Below, piece after piece: positions 20,443-34,219 of a stretch of DNA of 62,018 bases (position 1 is its first letter; each line of letters begins with the position of its first letter). This DNA is from Pseudomonadota bacterium (GTDB lineage Bacteria; Pseudomonadota; Gammaproteobacteria; Xanthomonadales; Xanthomonadaceae). Location of the stretch: contig JAEWNA010000348.1 in NCBI GenBank assembly GCA_023392975.1, forward strand, positions 1 to 62,018. Reading direction: 5' to 3'. Both the position numbers and the translations under genes were made by a program. Under the pieces are notes generated by a model. That model ran no database searches, was not told where the DNA came from, and was given only the letters and a program-made list of their open reading frames with translations.

Positions 20443-21234
20443 ATGGGTTTCCTGCAAGGCAAGCGCGCGCTCATCACCGGCATCGCCAGCGAGCGCTCGA
20501 TCGCCACCGGCATCGCCGAGGCCATGCGCCGCGAAGGCGCCGAACTGGCCTTCACCTACCAGAACGAGAAGCTGAAATCGCGCGTCGAGAGCGCCGCGGC
20601 CGAGCACGGTTCGAACATCGTGATCCCGCTGGACGTCGCCGACGACGCCCAGATCGCCGCCTGCTTCGACGCGCTCGGCCAGCACTGGGACGGCTTCGAC
20701 ATCCTGATCCACGCCATCGCCTTCGCCCCGCGCGAGGCCATCGCCGGGCAGTTCCTCGACGGCCTCACCCGCGAGAACTTCGCGATCGCCCACGACGTGT
20801 CGTCGTACTCGCTGGCGGCGATGGCCAAGGCCGCGCGACCGCTGATGGCCGGCCGCAACGGCTCGATCCTCACCCTCACCTACCTCGGCGCCGAACGCGC
20901 GCTGGCCGGCTACAACGTCATGGGGCTCGCCAAGGCCAGCCTGGAAGCCAACGTCCGCTACCTGGCCTACAACCTCGGCCCGGAAGGCACCCGCGTCAAC
21001 GCGATCTCGGCCGGGCCGATCAAGACCCTCGCCGCAGCAGGTATCGCCGGGTTCCGCAAGATCCTCGGCCACGTCGAGCAGAACGCGCCGCTGCGCCGCA
21101 CCGTCACCATCGAGGATGTTGGCAACGTCGCCGCGTTCCTGTGCTCGGACCTCGCCGCCGGCGTGACCGGCGAAGTCACCTATGTCGACGCCGGCTACAA
21201 CATCCTCGGCATGACCGGCATCGACAAGGACTGA
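20443..21234 (+). CDS. fabI: Enoyl-ACP reductase FabI
   Basis: [37 protein letters not shown]. Confidence 0.96.
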   Translation: MGFLQGKRALITGIASERSIATGIAEAMRREGAELAFTYQNEKLKSRVESAAAEHGSNIVIPLDVADDAQIAACFDALGQHWDGFDILIHAIAFAPREAIAGQFLDGLTRENFAIAHDVSSYSLAAMAKAARPLMAGRNGSILTLTYLGAERALAGYNVMGLAKASLEANVRYLAYNLGPEGTRVNAISAGPIKTLAAAGIAGFRKILGHVEQNAPLRRTVTIEDVGNVAAFLCSDLAAGVTGEVTYVDAGYNILGMTGIDKD

Positions 21235-21265
21235 CCGCGGTCCGCGCGACGCGGCGGCGCCCACG

Positions 21266-21298
21266 AAAAAGCCCGGCCTGCGCCGGGCTTCTTCTTTC
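21266..21298. terminator. Bidirectional terminator between fabI and ppiD
   Basis: AAAAA-GCCCGGC-ctgc-GCCGGGC-TTCTTCTTT. Confidence 0.8.
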
Positions 21299-21312
21299 GC
21301 ACGGAAAGCCGG

Positions 21313-23289
21313 TCAGAGCCGGTCTTCGGCGATGTCGACCCGCATCCGCTTGCGCTCCTGCCGACCGGTCGCGAGCGCATCCTCGTCACCCAGGCGCTCG
21401 GCCTGCCCGCGCAGGAACTGCGTGCGCTGCTCCGGCTTGATCTCGCTCTCGTCGGCATGGCCGACCTTCGTCACTTCGAACACGATCCAGCGGCCATCGG
21501 CGGTACGCGCCTTGCCCGGCGTGGACTTGCCCTCGGCCGGCGGCGCCACCTGGAAATAGGCCTCGTTCGCCTGTGCATCCGGCACCGGCGCGCCGCGCGG
21601 GATGCCCGGTACCGGATTGAGCTGCCAGTGCTTCTCGGTCGCGACCGCGGCCAAGGTCTCGCCCTTCTTCAGACGGGCCAGCGCGGCTTCGGCTTCGGCT
21701 TCGGCGGCCTTCGCGGCGCGGTCGGCGCGGATGGCCGCCACGACCTGGGCGCCGACCTTGTCCAGCGGCTGGACCTGTTCGGCGCTGTGTTCGACCACGC
21801 GCACCAGCACGCTGTGGTTCGGCGCGATCTCGATCGGATCGCTGCTCTGGCGGCGCTCCTTGGCCTCGTCGGAGAACACGAAGCGCTGCACCGCCGGGTC
21901 GGCCGCGATGCCCGTGCCCTGCCCGCGCGCGAACGGCCCGAGGCGCTGCAGCGGCAGGTTGGCGGTCTTCGCCACCGACGCCAGCGAGTTCGGGTTCTTG
22001 AGCACTTCATCGGCCAGTCGACCGGCGAGGTCGTTGTAGGCACGCTCGCGCTCGCTCTCGGCGACCAGGCGCTCCAGTTCCGGACGCGCTTCCTCGAAGC
22101 TCTTGCCGTGGCTGGGCTTGATCTCGCGCACCTGCACCAGATGCCACCCGAAGTCGGTCTTCACCGGCTCGGAGATGCTGCCGGCCGGGGTCGCGAACAC
22201 CGCGTCCTCGAACGGCTTGACCATCTGCCCGTTCTTCTGGACCCAGCCGAGGTCGCCGCCGGCGTCCTTCGTGGAATCCTCCGACACCTGGCGGGCCAGC
22301 GTCGCGAAGTCGGCGCCGGCGCGCAACTGCTTGAGCACGTCGCGGATCTTCGCCTCGGCGGCCTTCTGTGCCGCGGCATCGGCCTTGGGGTCGACCTTGA
22401 CGAGGATGTGCGAGGTCAGACGCTGCTCGGGTTCGACGAAGCGCGCCTTTTCCTGCTCGTACTGGCGCTTCAGCGCGGCTTCGTCGGCCGGCGGCTGCGG
22501 CGGCAGCGCGGCGCCGTCGACGTCCACGTATTCGATCGTGACCATCTCCGGCGTGCGGAAATCGGACGGATGCGCCTTGTACCAGGCCGCGATGTCGGCC
22601 GCGGTCGGCGGCGTCTCGTCGGCCGGCGCAGGCGGGAGGATCGCGAACGTCACGTCGCGCTTTTCGCTGAGCAGCTTGATCAGGCGCTGGCCTTCGGACG
22701 CCGTCAGGAACGCCGATTCCGACAGGCGCTGGGCGAGCAGGCGGTCGCGCAGGGAGTCGCGGATCGTCTGCTGGAACTGCAGCGGCGTCTGCGGCGTGGG
22801 CATCGTGGCGAGCAGCGTGCGATAGCGCTGCGCGTCGAACTTGCCGTCGACCTGGAAGTCGGGAATCGCCTCGATCTCGGCGCGGAGCTGCGCATCGCCG
22901 ACCACCAGGCCGTCGCGCTCGGCGGCCAAGCGCATCACGCGCTGGTCGATCAGGGCATCGAGGACGCGGCGCTTGGTGTCCATGCTCTCGAAAGCGCGCG
23001 GGTCGAAGGCATCGCCGGCCTGCGCGCGCTGCTGCTGGCGCACCTGCTCGAAGCGATTGCGGAACTCGTCCGTGCCGATGTCCTCGGTCTGCCACGCGAG
23101 CTTGCGCACGATCGCCCAGTCCGGCGCGTTCGGCCACCACTTCGGCGGCATCTGGATCCGCGCGACGTAGGTGTCGCTGCGCTGGACGAGGTACTGCTCG
23201 ACGCCGAAGAACGCGAACGGGACGATCAGCAGTCCGAGGATGACGGTGGCGATCCAGCCAGAGGATTTGTCGCGGAGGGCCTGCAGCAT
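21313..23289 (-). CDS. ppiD: Peptidyl-prolyl isomerase/chaperone PpiD
   Basis: MLQALRDK start, single TM anchor, rotamase motifs SHILVK, GGDLGW, FGWHLV; downstream of hupB. Confidence 0.92.
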   Translation of the reverse strand: MLQALRDKSSGWIATVILGLLIVPFAFFGVEQYLVQRSDTYVARIQMPPKWWPNAPDWAIVRKLAWQTEDIGTDEFRNRFEQVRQQQRAQAGDAFDPRAFESMDTKRRVLDALIDQRVMRLAAERDGLVVGDAQLRAEIEAIPDFQVDGKFDAQRYRTLLATMPTPQTPLQFQQTIRDSLRDRLLAQRLSESAFLTASEGQRLIKLLSEKRDVTFAILPPAPADETPPTAADIAAWYKAHPSDFRTPEMVTIEYVDVDGAALPPQPPADEAALKRQYEQEKARFVEPEQRLTSHILVKVDPKADAAAQKAAEAKIRDVLKQLRAGADFATLARQVSEDSTKDAGGDLGWVQKNGQMVKPFEDAVFATPAGSISEPVKTDFGWHLVQVREIKPSHGKSFEEARPELERLVAESERERAYNDLAGRLADEVLKNPNSLASVAKTANLPLQRLGPFARGQGTGIAADPAVQRFVFSDEAKERRQSSDPIEIAPNHSVLVRVVEHSAEQVQPLDKVGAQVVAAIRADRAAKAAEAEAEAALARLKKGETLAAVATEKHWQLNPVPGIPRGAPVPDAQANEAYFQVAPPAEGKSTPGKARTADGRWIVFEVTKVGHADESEIKPEQRTQFLRGQAERLGDEDALATGRQERKRMRVDIAEDRL

Positions 23290-23452
23290 TGGCGAACGTC
23301 GACGGAAGAGGAGCCGCCTAGTGTACCGGCTGCGGCCGGACTCGGCATGCCCCGGCGCGGGCCATCCCGGCACGGCGGCGATGCCGGCTTCCGGAAACGC
23401 GAAAGGCACCGTTTCCGGTGCCTTCGTCGTGTGCAGCATGATTGGGAAGGAT

Positions 23453-23529
23453 TGGCGGAGTGGACGGGACTCGAACCCGCGACCTCCGGCGTGACAGGCC
23501 AGCATTCTAACCGACTGAACTACCACTCC
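23453..23529 (-). tRNA. tRNA-Asp(GTC)
   Basis: Cloverleaf, anticodon loop CT-GTC-AC, GTTCGAGTC T-arm, CCA end. Confidence 0.97.
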
Positions 23530-23629
23530 GCGTTTTGGACCTTCTCACCCGACCGCCAGTGCAGCGGCCCGGGTCGACTATTCTAGCGCAGGACTTCGGC
23601 GAAACGGAAGCCCTCCGATCCGCCTGCCC

Positions 23630-23704
23630 TGGTGGGTGCTGAGGGTTTCGAACCCCCGACCCTCTCCGTGTAAAGGAGACGCTCTACCGCTGAGCTAAGC
23701 ACCC
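23630..23704 (-). tRNA. tRNA-Val(TAC)
   Basis: Anticodon loop TT-TAC-AC, T-arm, ACCA end. Confidence 0.97.
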
Positions 23705-23720
23705 AAACGGGAACAGCTGT

Positions 23721-23993
23721 TCAGTTTACGGCATCCTTCAGCGCCTTGCCAGCCTTGAACACCGGGTTCTTGGAGGCCGGGATCTGGATCTCTTCCTTGG
23801 TCTTGGGGTTGCGCCCCGTGCGCGCGGCACGCGCGCGCACGACGAACGAACCGAAGCCGAGGATCGCGACGTTGTCGCCCTGCTTCAGCGCCTGGGTGAT
23901 GGCGGCGACGGTGGCGTCGAGCGCACGTCCGGCATCGGCCTTGGACAGTTCGGCGGAAGCGGCGATCGCGTCGATGAGGTCGGCTTTGTTCAT
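23721..23993 (-). CDS. hupB: DNA-binding protein HU
   Basis: [22 protein letters not shown]; downstream of lon. Confidence 0.96.
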   Translation of the reverse strand: MNKADLIDAIAASAELSKADAGRALDATVAAITQALKQGDNVAILGFGSFVVRARAARTGRNPKTKEEIQIPASKNPVFKAGKALKDAVN

Positions 23994-24243
23994 GAATGGA
24001 CTCCGGGTCGAATGAGGGACGGCAGCGGCGGCATTCGCCGTCGCGGTGCAGCCTGCGCGGACAGGGAAACGCCTCGGCGCAGCGCAAACGGACGGGGCGT
24101 CCGCGGGCGTTCGTTATACAGGCCGGGGGTCGGCCACGCAACAGAAATCGCTGGAATTTGCGGGAAAAACGCGCATTCGACCGATCGTCGGAAAACCGCG
24201 ATCGTCCGCAGGACCGCGGACGATCGCGAAAGGATTCGCGCCG

Positions 24244-26712
<2,469 letters not shown>

Positions 26713-26763
26713 GGGGGCTCCGATCGGGATGCCGGCACCCCGCGGGCACCGACCTTCGCCCCG

Positions 26764-26792
26764 TTATGGGGCCGTACGGCGCAGGATGCAAG
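26764..26792 (-). promoter_or_regulatory. sigma32-type heat-shock promoter of lon
   Basis: Minus strand CTTGCA-N15-CCCCATAA versus consensus CTTGAA-N13/17-CCCCAT. Confidence 0.7.
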
Positions 26793-26884
26793 CGCGGCGC
26801 GAGGCGAAGTGCGGAGCGGTTCCGGAAACGAAACGGGCACCCGGTGCGACCCGGATGCCCGCTGTCATGGCGCCCCGCCCGCCG

Positions 26885-28165
26885 TCACTCGGCGGAGGCG
26901 ACCTTGTTCGGCTGCGCCTGGTAGATCAGGTAGGGCTCGGACTTGTGCTCGATCACCGATTCATCGACCACCACCTTGCTGACGTTCTCCAGCGACGGCA
27001 GGTCGTACATGGTGTCGAGCAGCACCGATTCGACGATGGTGCGCAGGCCGCGGGCGCCGGTCTTGCGCTTGAGCGCCTTGCGCGCGATCGCCGAGAGCGC
27101 GTCCGGACGGAACTCCAGTTCCACGCCTTCCATCTCGAACAGCTTGCGGAACTGCTTGCTGATCGCGTTCTTCGGCTCGGTGAGGATCTTGACCAGCGCG
27201 GTCTCGTCCAGCTCTTCCAGCGTCGCGACCACCGGCAGGCGGCCGACGAACTCGGGAATCAGGCCGAACTTGATCAGGTCCTCCGGCTCGACGTCGAACA
27301 GCACCTTGCTCACGTCCTGCTTGCGCTCGGCGCTCTTGAGCTTGGCGCCGAAGCCAATCCCGCCGGCCTCGGTGCTGCGCTGCTGGATGATCTTGTCGAG
27401 GCCGGCGAACGCGCCGCCGACGATGAACAGGATGTTGCGGGTGTCGACCTGCAGGAATTCCTGCTGCGGATGCTTGCGGCCGCCCTGCGGCGGGACGCTG
27501 GCGACGGTACCTTCGATCAGCTTGAGCAGCGCCTGCTGCACGCCTTCGCCGGACACGTCGCGGGTGATCGACGGGTTCTCGCTCTTGCGCGAGATCTTGT
27601 CGATCTCGTCGATGTAGACGATGCCCTGCTGCGCCTTCTCGACGTCGTAGTCGCACTTCTGCAGGAGCTTCTGGATGATGTTCTCGACGTCCTCGCCCAC
27701 GTAACCGGCTTCGGTCAGCGTGGTGGCGTCGGCGATCGTGAACGGCACGTTGAGCAGGCGGGCCAGCGTTTCGGCCAGCAGGGTCTTGCCCGAGCCGGTC
27801 GGCCCGATCAGCAGGATGTTCGACTTCGCCAGCTCGATGTCGTCGTTCTTCTGGCGGCTCTCGATGCGCTTGTAGTGGTTGTAGACCGCGACGGCGAGGG
27901 TCTTCTTCGCCCGCTGCTGGCCGATCACGTACTGGTCGAGGACGTCGAGGATCTCGCGCGGCTTGGGCAGGTGGCTGCGGGTGGACTGCGCCTTCTCCTC
28001 CAGCTCCTCGCGGATGATGTCGTTGCACAGCTCGACGCATTCGTCGCAGATGAACACGCTCGGGCCCGCGATCAGCTTGCGGACCTCGTGCTGGCTTTTC
28101 CCGCAGAACGAGCAATACAGGATCTTGTTGCCGTCGCCGCTGCGGCCTTGCCGGTCTTCGCTCAT
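26885..28165 (-). CDS. clpX: ATP-dependent Clp protease ATPase ClpX
   Basis: CSFCGK zinc finger, [19 protein letters not shown] loop. Confidence 0.99.
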   Translation of the reverse strand: MSEDRQGRSGDGNKILYCSFCGKSQHEVRKLIAGPSVFICDECVELCNDIIREELEEKAQSTRSHLPKPREILDVLDQYVIGQQRAKKTLAVAVYNHYKRIESRQKNDDIELAKSNILLIGPTGSGKTLLAETLARLLNVPFTIADATTLTEAGYVGEDVENIIQKLLQKCDYDVEKAQQGIVYIDEIDKISRKSENPSITRDVSGEGVQQALLKLIEGTVASVPPQGGRKHPQQEFLQVDTRNILFIVGGAFAGLDKIIQQRSTEAGGIGFGAKLKSAERKQDVSKVLFDVEPEDLIKFGLIPEFVGRLPVVATLEELDETALVKILTEPKNAISKQFRKLFEMEGVELEFRPDALSAIARKALKRKTGARGLRTIVESVLLDTMYDLPSLENVSKVVVDESVIEHKSEPYLIYQAQPNKVASAE

Positions 28166-28289
28166 GCTGCTGGGGTTCTCTGACGCTGGAAGGGGGAGGA
28201 TAGCATCCGCACTCCCGGCCGCAAGCCGGCCGGGGCGGAATTGACGATTTCTATTGGAATCAGCGACTTGCGCCTGCCGAAGCCGACGA

Positions 28290-28919
28290 TCAGGCGGGCT
28301 GGATCGACTCTTCCGGACGCCGCTCGAGCACGTGGTCGACCAGACCGTAGTCGCGGGACGCCTCGGCGCTCTTGAAATTGTCGCGCTCGGTGTCGCGGGC
28401 GATGGTCTCCAGCGCCTGGCCGGTGTGGTGCGACAGGATCTCGTTCAGGCGCTGGCGCAGGGTCAGGATCTCGCGGGCGTGGATGTCGATGTCCGTCGCC
28501 TGGCCCTGGAAGCCGCCCAGCGGCTGGTGGATCATCACCCGCGAGTTCGGCAGCGCGTAACGCTTGCCCTTGGCGCCCGAGGCCAGCAGCAGGGCGCCCA
28601 TGCTCGCGGCCTGGCCGACGCAGATCGTGCTCACGTCCGGCTTGATGAACTGCATGGTGTCGTAGATCGCCATGCCGGCGGTGACCACGCCGCCCGGGGA
28701 GTTGATGTACAGGCTGATGTCCTTCTCCGGGTTCTCTGCTTCGAGGAACAGGAGCTGGGCGACGACCACGTTGGCCATGTAGTCGTCGATGCCACCGACC
28801 AGGAAGATCACCCGCTCCTTCAGCAGCCGGGAGTAGATGTCGTAGGCGCGCTCGCCGCGGCTGGTCTGCTCGACCACCATCGGCACGAGGTTGAGGGCTT
28901 GGGTCTGGAGGCTGTTCAT
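28290..28919 (-). CDS. clpP: Clp protease proteolytic subunit
   Basis: [28 protein letters not shown]. Confidence 0.99.
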   Translation of the reverse strand: MNSLQTQALNLVPMVVEQTSRGERAYDIYSRLLKERVIFLVGGIDDYMANVVVAQLLFLEAENPEKDISLYINSPGGVVTAGMAIYDTMQFIKPDVSTICVGQAASMGALLLASGAKGKRYALPNSRVMIHQPLGGFQGQATDIDIHAREILTLRQRLNEILSHHTGQALETIARDTERDNFKSAEASRDYGLVDHVLERRPEESIQPA

Positions 28920-28982
28920 GCGTGGTCGCACCGGTCGTGGGGGCGGGTCGCGTCGCTGCGACCCGAAGGCTGGGCCCGCAGG

Positions 28983-30287
28983 TTACTGCGGGGCGATCGC
29001 TTCCTGGAAGCTGAGGGCGCGGTCGGTGTGGACGGCGCGCTCGGCAATCCAGTCGATGACCTGCTCTTCCATCACGCGGTTCTGCAGGCCGGCCATGAGC
29101 TGGCGGTCGCTGCGGTACAAATCAATGACCTGCTGCGGTTCCTCGTAGGTCGAGGCGATGAGACGCAGCGTTTCGTTCAGGCGTTTGGGGTCCAGGCTGA
29201 GCTGGTTGCGCTGCGCGATCTCGCCGACCAGCAGCGCGACCGTGATGCGCTTGCGCGCCGGCTCCAGGAAATCGCGCCAGGCGTCTTCCGGAGCCTCGAT
29301 CTGGCGGCCCTGACGCTGGGCCTGGTCGAGGGTCTGGGCCAGCATGGCGCGGGCCTCGTTCTCGACCAGCCGCGGCGGCATTTCGACGTGGGCGTAGGTC
29401 AGGATCAGCTGCTCGCCGACTTCGCGGCGCAGGCGGTTCATCAGCGCGCCCTTGAGCTCGCGCTCGAGGTTGCTGCGGATCTCGGTGCGGAACTGGGCCA
29501 TCTCGCCCGACTTCACGCCGAAGCTGCGGATGAAGGCGGCATCGACCTCCGGCAGCACCGGCTCGGACACGGCCTCGAGCTTCACGTGCACGACGACCTG
29601 CTTGCCCGCCAGCTGCGGCACGCGCCAGTCGGCCGGGAAATCCACGGTCAGGGTCTTGTCCTCGCCGGCCGACAGGCCGACCAGGGCGGTCTCGATCTCC
29701 GGGTACATGCCGCCGGAGCCGATCATGGTCACGCCGCGCTCGGCGCCTTCGGCCGGCAGGCGCTCGCCGTCGACCAGCGACCAGGTCTCGACGTCCACCG
29801 CGTCGCCGGCCTGGGCCGGGCGATTGACGATGGTCCAGCTGCGGCGCTGCATGCGCAGGTTCTCGATCATCCGGTCGATGTCGTCCTCGGTGACCTCGGC
29901 GGTGGCGCGCTCGACCTCGAGCTTGGTCACGTCGATCTCGCCGAAGTCCGGCACCACCTCGAAGGTCGCGACATAGGCCAGTTCGCCCTCGCCCGCGTCC
30001 TCCGACGGCTCGATCCGCGGGCTGCCGGCCAGGCGCAGCGCGTTCTCGCGGACGCCCTGGTCGAAGCCCCGCTGCAGCAGGTCGTCGAGGATCTCGCCGC
30101 GGACCTGCGCGCCGTAGCGCTGCTCGATGACCTTGGCCGGCACCTTGCCCGGACGGAAGCCCTTGATCTGGGCGCTGCGCGCGATCTCGCGCAGACGACC
30201 GCCGATCTGGCTGTCGATGCTCTCGGTCGGCACGCGCAGGGTCATGCGGCGTTCGAGGTTGCCCACGGATTCGACTGAAACTTGCAT
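28983..30287 (-). CDS. tig: Trigger factor
   Basis: MQVSVES start, GFRPGKVP ribosome-binding motif. Confidence 0.97.
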   Translation of the reverse strand: MQVSVESVGNLERRMTLRVPTESIDSQIGGRLREIARSAQIKGFRPGKVPAKVIEQRYGAQVRGEILDDLLQRGFDQGVRENALRLAGSPRIEPSEDAGEGELAYVATFEVVPDFGEIDVTKLEVERATAEVTEDDIDRMIENLRMQRRSWTIVNRPAQAGDAVDVETWSLVDGERLPAEGAERGVTMIGSGGMYPEIETALVGLSAGEDKTLTVDFPADWRVPQLAGKQVVVHVKLEAVSEPVLPEVDAAFIRSFGVKSGEMAQFRTEIRSNLERELKGALMNRLRREVGEQLILTYAHVEMPPRLVENEARAMLAQTLDQAQRQGRQIEAPEDAWRDFLEPARKRITVALLVGEIAQRNQLSLDPKRLNETLRLIASTYEEPQQVIDLYRSDRQLMAGLQNRVMEEQVIDWIAERAVHTDRALSFQEAIAPQ

Positions 30288-30616
30288 TGCTGGCGACTCC
30301 TGCGGCCGCGCCCTCGCGACCGGCGATGAAGGGGGTATTGGTTCGTGACCGCCCGGCCGGACGGCCTTCGGGGGCACGCCCCCGGCGGAACGGACTAGTT
30401 TCGCCGATTACGGCGCGTCCCGCCAGTTTGCGGCGATGCGCGGGGCTGGCGGAGGTCGGGGGCGGGATCGAAGCACTCGCGATCGCGTGTCCAAGTGCGG
30501 GAAAAGCCCGCACCGCCGCTCCGGACGGCCGGATCGATCAAGGCAGGACGTGCGCGCCAGGGCTTCCCCTCGCGATCGCTCGTTCATCGTCGTCGCGAGT
30601 TGCCGCCTGCCCGGCG

Positions 30617-30703
30617 TGGTGCGAGAGGGGGGACTCGAACCCCCACAGAGTTGCCTCCGACAGAACCTAAATCTGTTGCGTCTACCAATTTCGCCACTCT
30701 CGC
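30617..30703 (-). tRNA. tRNA-Leu(TAG)
   Basis: Anticodon loop TT-TAG-GT, long variable arm, ACCA end. Confidence 0.95.
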
Positions 30704-30726
30704 GCGGCCGTTTCCCGGCTGCCGGG

Positions 30727-30763
30727 AAACGAAAAGCAAAACGCCCGGCCGGAGCCGGGCGTT
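30727..30763 (-). terminator. Terminator after the Pro-Arg-His-Lys tRNA operon
   Basis: Minus strand AACGCCCGGC-tccg-GCCGGGCGTT followed by TTGCTTTTCGTTT. Confidence 0.7.
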
Positions 30764-30771
30764 GCTGGAAC

Positions 30772-30847
30772 TGGTGGGCCGTCAAGGATTCGAACCTTGG
30801 ACCTATTGATTAAGAGTCAACTGCTCTACCAACTGAGCTAACGGCCC
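30772..30847 (-). tRNA. tRNA-Lys(CTT)
   Basis: Anticodon loop CT-CTT-AA, ACCA end. Confidence 0.97.
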
Positions 30848-30953
30848 GATGCGGAGAAGAATACCGCACTTGCTGCGCCTGCGACAAGCTCCCGGCGAAT
30901 CATGGGAGATACTGCCCGTTCGGCGAACAAAAACGCGACATTCCAGAGGAAAT

Positions 30954-31030
30954 TGGGGTGGCTGAGGGGACTCGAACCCCCGACAACTGGAATCACAATC
31001 CAGGACTCTAACCAACTGAGCTACAGCCAC
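30954..31030 (-). tRNA. tRNA-His(GTG)
   Basis: Anticodon loop TT-GTG-AT, CCCA end, G-1 at 31031. Confidence 0.96.
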
Positions 31031-31118
31031 CATTGGAACGCTTGAAGCCTTGCGCGGTTTCCATCCCTGGGCCCCGCCGGGCGAACTTCCGAACGCATTT
31101 CCCGCCACGGCGTGCGGA

Positions 31119-31195
31119 TGGCGCGCCCGGCAGGACTCGAACCTGCAACCGCCGGCTTAGAAGGCCGGTGCTCTATCCGGTTGAGCTACGGGCGC
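31119..31195 (-). tRNA. tRNA-Arg(TCT)
   Basis: Anticodon loop CT-TCT-AA, GCCA end. Confidence 0.96.
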
Positions 31196-31252
31196 ACGGG
31201 CGCATGATAGCCGGCGGACAGAACATGAACGCGGTGGCAGGCGCCGCGGAAG

Positions 31253-31329
31253 TGGTCGGGGTAGAGGGATTCGAACCCCCGACATCCTGCTCCCAAAGCA
31301 GGCGCGCTACCAGACTGCGCTATACCCCG
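31253..31329 (-). tRNA. tRNA-Pro(TGG)
   Basis: Anticodon loop TT-TGG-GA, ACCA end. Confidence 0.97.
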
Positions 31330-31442
31330 CCGGTGCGTTCGGCCGGCTATTGTCGGGAGCACCGCCGCCGCTGTCAACGCACACGGCGACATCGACCGGG
31401 TATCCTGCGGGCTTCCGAACGCACATTTCCCAGGGAGCCTCC

Positions 31443-32201
31443 ATGCGCAGCGGCAATCCGGTCCTTTCGGACTCCACCTTCCTCGACCTGAGCAGCGGTC
31501 GCGTCGTCACCGGCGCCGCGGATGCGATGACCCTCAACGGCACGGTCAACAAGACCGGCTTCCTCCTGCTGCTGTCGGTGCTGACCGCGGCGTACGCGTG
31601 GTCGAAAACCTTCGTCGCGCCGGGCGAGATCGCGCCGGGTGCCAACATTTTCCTCATCGGCGGCGCGCTCGGCGGGTTCGTGCTGGCGCTCGTGACGACC
31701 TTCAAGAAGGAATGGTCGCCGGTCACCGCGCCGCTGTACGCGCTGCTCGAGGGCTTCTTCCTCGGCACGGTGTCGGCGATCTACGACGCCCGCTTCCAGG
31801 GCATCGTGCTGCAGGCGGTGCTGCTGACCTTCGGCACCCTGTTCGCCCTGCTCTTCGCCTACCGCTCCGGCCTGATCCGCGCCACGGAGAACTTCAAGCT
31901 CGGCGTGGTCGCCGCCACCGGCGGCATCATGCTGATCTACCTGGCGACCATCGCGCTGGGCTTCTTCGGCATCCACATCCCGTACATCCACGAATCCGGG
32001 ATCATCGGCATCGGCTTCAGCCTGTTCGTGGTCGTCGTCGCGGCGCTGAACCTGGTGCTGGACTTCGATTTCATCGAAAGCGGCGTCGAGGCCGGCGCAC
32101 CGAAGTACATGGAGTGGTACGGCGCCTTCGGGCTGATGGTCACCCTGGTATGGCTGTACCTCGAGTTCCTGCGCCTGCTGGCGAAACTGCAGCGCCGCTG
32201 A
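31443..32201 (+). CDS. Bax inhibitor-1/YccA family membrane protein
   Basis: MRSGNP start, 7 TM segments, LNLVLDFDFIE, WLYLEFLRLL. Confidence 0.88.
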   Translation: MRSGNPVLSDSTFLDLSSGRVVTGAADAMTLNGTVNKTGFLLLLSVLTAAYAWSKTFVAPGEIAPGANIFLIGGALGGFVLALVTTFKKEWSPVTAPLYALLEGFFLGTVSAIYDARFQGIVLQAVLLTFGTLFALLFAYRSGLIRATENFKLGVVAATGGIMLIYLATIALGFFGIHIPYIHESGIIGIGFSLFVVVVAALNLVLDFDFIESGVEAGAPKYMEWYGAFGLMVTLVWLYLEFLRLLAKLQRR

Positions 32202-32224
32202 ACCCGGTCGTCGATCCGGGCATG

Positions 32225-32258
32225 AAAAACGGGGCGCCGCTGGCGCCCCGTTCCGTTT
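32225..32258. terminator. Terminator between the convergent YccA-like gene and icd
   Basis: AAAAACGGGGCGCC-gct-GGCGCCCCGTT hairpin. Confidence 0.7.
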
Positions 32259-32280
32259 GTGGCCTGCGACCCGCCGAGGC

Positions 32281-33288
32281 TCAGAGCCGGCTGGCGATCG
32301 CCTTCGCGAACGACAGCGTATTGCCGGTGCCGCCGAGATCCGGGGTCAGCGAATCCTTCGCCTCGAGGGTGGCGATGATCGCCGCGCGCAGGCGGTTGGC
32401 ATTCTCCGGCTGGCCGACGTGGTCGAGCATCTGGCCGACCGCGAGCAGCAGCGCGCACGGATTGGCCACGCCCTTGCCGGCGATGTCCGGCGCCGAGCCG
32501 TGCACCGCCTCGAAGATCGCCGCCTCGGTGCCGATGTTGGCGCCGGGGGCCAACCCCAGGCCGCCGACGAGGCCGGCGCAGAGGTCGGAGATGATGTCGC
32601 CGAAGAGGTTGGTGGTGACGATGATGTCGAACTGCTCCGGGCGCATCACCAGCTGCATGCAGGTGTTGTCGACGATCATCTCGTTGCATTCGATCTCGGG
32701 GTATTCCGCCGCGACCATGCGCGCGGTCTTCAGGAACAGGCCCGAGGTCGACTTGAGGATGTTGGCCTTGTGGACCACGGTGACCTTCTTCCGGCCGGTC
32801 TTGCGGGCCAGGTCGAAGGCGTAGCGCACGATGCGCTCGGAGCCGCGCCGGGTGATCTTCTGGGTCAGCATCGCGGTCTCGCCGTCTTCCGACAGCGACT
32901 GGCCTTCGCCGATGTACGCGCCCTCGGTGTTCTCGCGGACGGTGATCAGGTCCACGCCCGACGGGAAGCGCGACTTGGTATTCGGGAACGACTTGGCCGG
33001 GCGCACGTTGGCGTACAGGTCGAAGCGCTTGCGCAGCTCGACGTTGATCGAGCTGAAGCCCTCGCCCACCGGCGTGGTCAGCGGGCTCTTGAGCGCGATG
33101 CGATTGCGGCGGATCGAGTCGAGGGTCGCCTGCGGCAGCAGCTCGCCGTGCTTCTCGAGCGCGACCAGGCCGGCGTCGGCCTCTTCGTAGGTGAGGCCGG
33201 CGTCCATCGCGTCGAGGACGGACAGGGCGGCCTCCATGATTTCGGGGCCGATGCCATCGCCGCGGATGACGGTGATCGTTTGGGTCAT
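32281..33288 (-). CDS. icd: Isocitrate dehydrogenase (short, NAD-type/IMDH family)
   Basis: GDGIGPEI, RENTEG, VHKANI, NLFGDIISD, EAVHGSAPDIAG. Confidence 0.9.
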   Translation of the reverse strand: MTQTITVIRGDGIGPEIMEAALSVLDAMDAGLTYEEADAGLVALEKHGELLPQATLDSIRRNRIALKSPLTTPVGEGFSSINVELRKRFDLYANVRPAKSFPNTKSRFPSGVDLITVRENTEGAYIGEGQSLSEDGETAMLTQKITRRGSERIVRYAFDLARKTGRKKVTVVHKANILKSTSGLFLKTARMVAAEYPEIECNEMIVDNTCMQLVMRPEQFDIIVTTNLFGDIISDLCAGLVGGLGLAPGANIGTEAAIFEAVHGSAPDIAGKGVANPCALLLAVGQMLDHVGQPENANRLRAAIIATLEAKDSLTPDLGGTGNTLSFAKAIASRL

Positions 33289-33530
33289 GGGTCTGTTCCA
33301 GCAAGCTTGCAGCAGGATTCCAGCGGGGCCCCGGCGCGAATGCGCGGGAGCCCGGCGTCGTCGAAGAGCGGGTCGTCGGAAGCGGTAAACACCGCCGCGG
33401 AGCGCGTCGCGGGGACGGAAGGCGGCGGGACAACCGGCGAATTATGCCGGAACCGCGCCGCCCCTGCTCGAACGGCGCGTTCAGACGATGGTCTGAGAGG
33501 GCGGCGGCGCGGGAGGCCCGCGCAGGTCGC

Positions 33531-33944
33531 TCAGGCGTGGTCGTGCGCGGGTGCCTCTGCGGCCTCGCCCTGCTCCAGCCGGTCGAGGAAGTCGACGGCG
33601 CGACGCAGGTGTGGGATCACGATCGAGCCGCCGACCACCAGCCCGACCGAGAACGCTTCGAACATCTCGTCGCGGTCGACCCCGGCCTCGCGGCACTGGG
33701 CGACGTGGTAGCTGATGCAGTCGTCGCAGCGCATCACCAGCGAGGCGACCAGGCCCAGCAGCTCCTTGGTCTTCACGTCGAGCGCGCCGGGCTGGTAGGT
33801 CTGGGTATCCAGCGCGAAGAACCGGCGGACGACCTGGTTGGGCTCGGCCAGGATGCGCTCGTTCATGCGCTTGCGGAACGCGGTGAACTCCGCGACACGA
33901 TCCCTGGCGACGCGGTCCTTCTCGTCCTGATCGGCGCCGCTCAT
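33531..33944 (-). CDS. Carboxymuconolactone decarboxylase/AhpD-like protein
   Basis: GALDVKTKELLGL..RCDDCISYH. Confidence 0.88.
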   Translation of the reverse strand: MSGADQDEKDRVARDRVAEFTAFRKRMNERILAEPNQVVRRFFALDTQTYQPGALDVKTKELLGLVASLVMRCDDCISYHVAQCREAGVDRDEMFEAFSVGLVVGGSIVIPHLRRAVDFLDRLEQGEAAEAPAHDHA

Positions 33945-34219
33945 GCGCCTTCTCCCGCGACCAGCGGCTCGAACTTGCCGGCGCGATGCAGCGCCATCAT
34001 GTCGTCGAAGCCGCCGACGTGGACATCGCCGACGAAGATCTGCGGCACGCTCGTGCGGCCGGCGCGCTCGACCATGCGGTTGCGCTCGACCGGGTCGGTG
34101 TCGATCCGGACCTCGGTCCACGACAGGCCCTTGCTCTTGAGGAAATTCTTGGCGGAGATGCAGTAGGGGCAGATCGCGGTGGTGTACAGCGTGATCGGCG
34201 GCTGGGATGGCTGGCTCAA
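33941..34219 (-). CDS. grxC: Glutaredoxin 3
   Basis: CPYC, SVPQIF, GGFDD; TTG start with AGGAG RBS. Confidence 0.93.
   Translation of the reverse strand: MSQPSQPPITLYTTAICPYCISAKNFLKSKGLSWTEVRIDTDPVERNRMVERAGRTSVPQIFVGDVHVGGFDDMMALHRAGKFEPLVAGEGA

Noticed and set aside
30617..31329. tRNA clusters as integration sites for an island or prophage
   Set aside because: No integrase, no duplicated tRNA 3' end, and the flanking genes are core.
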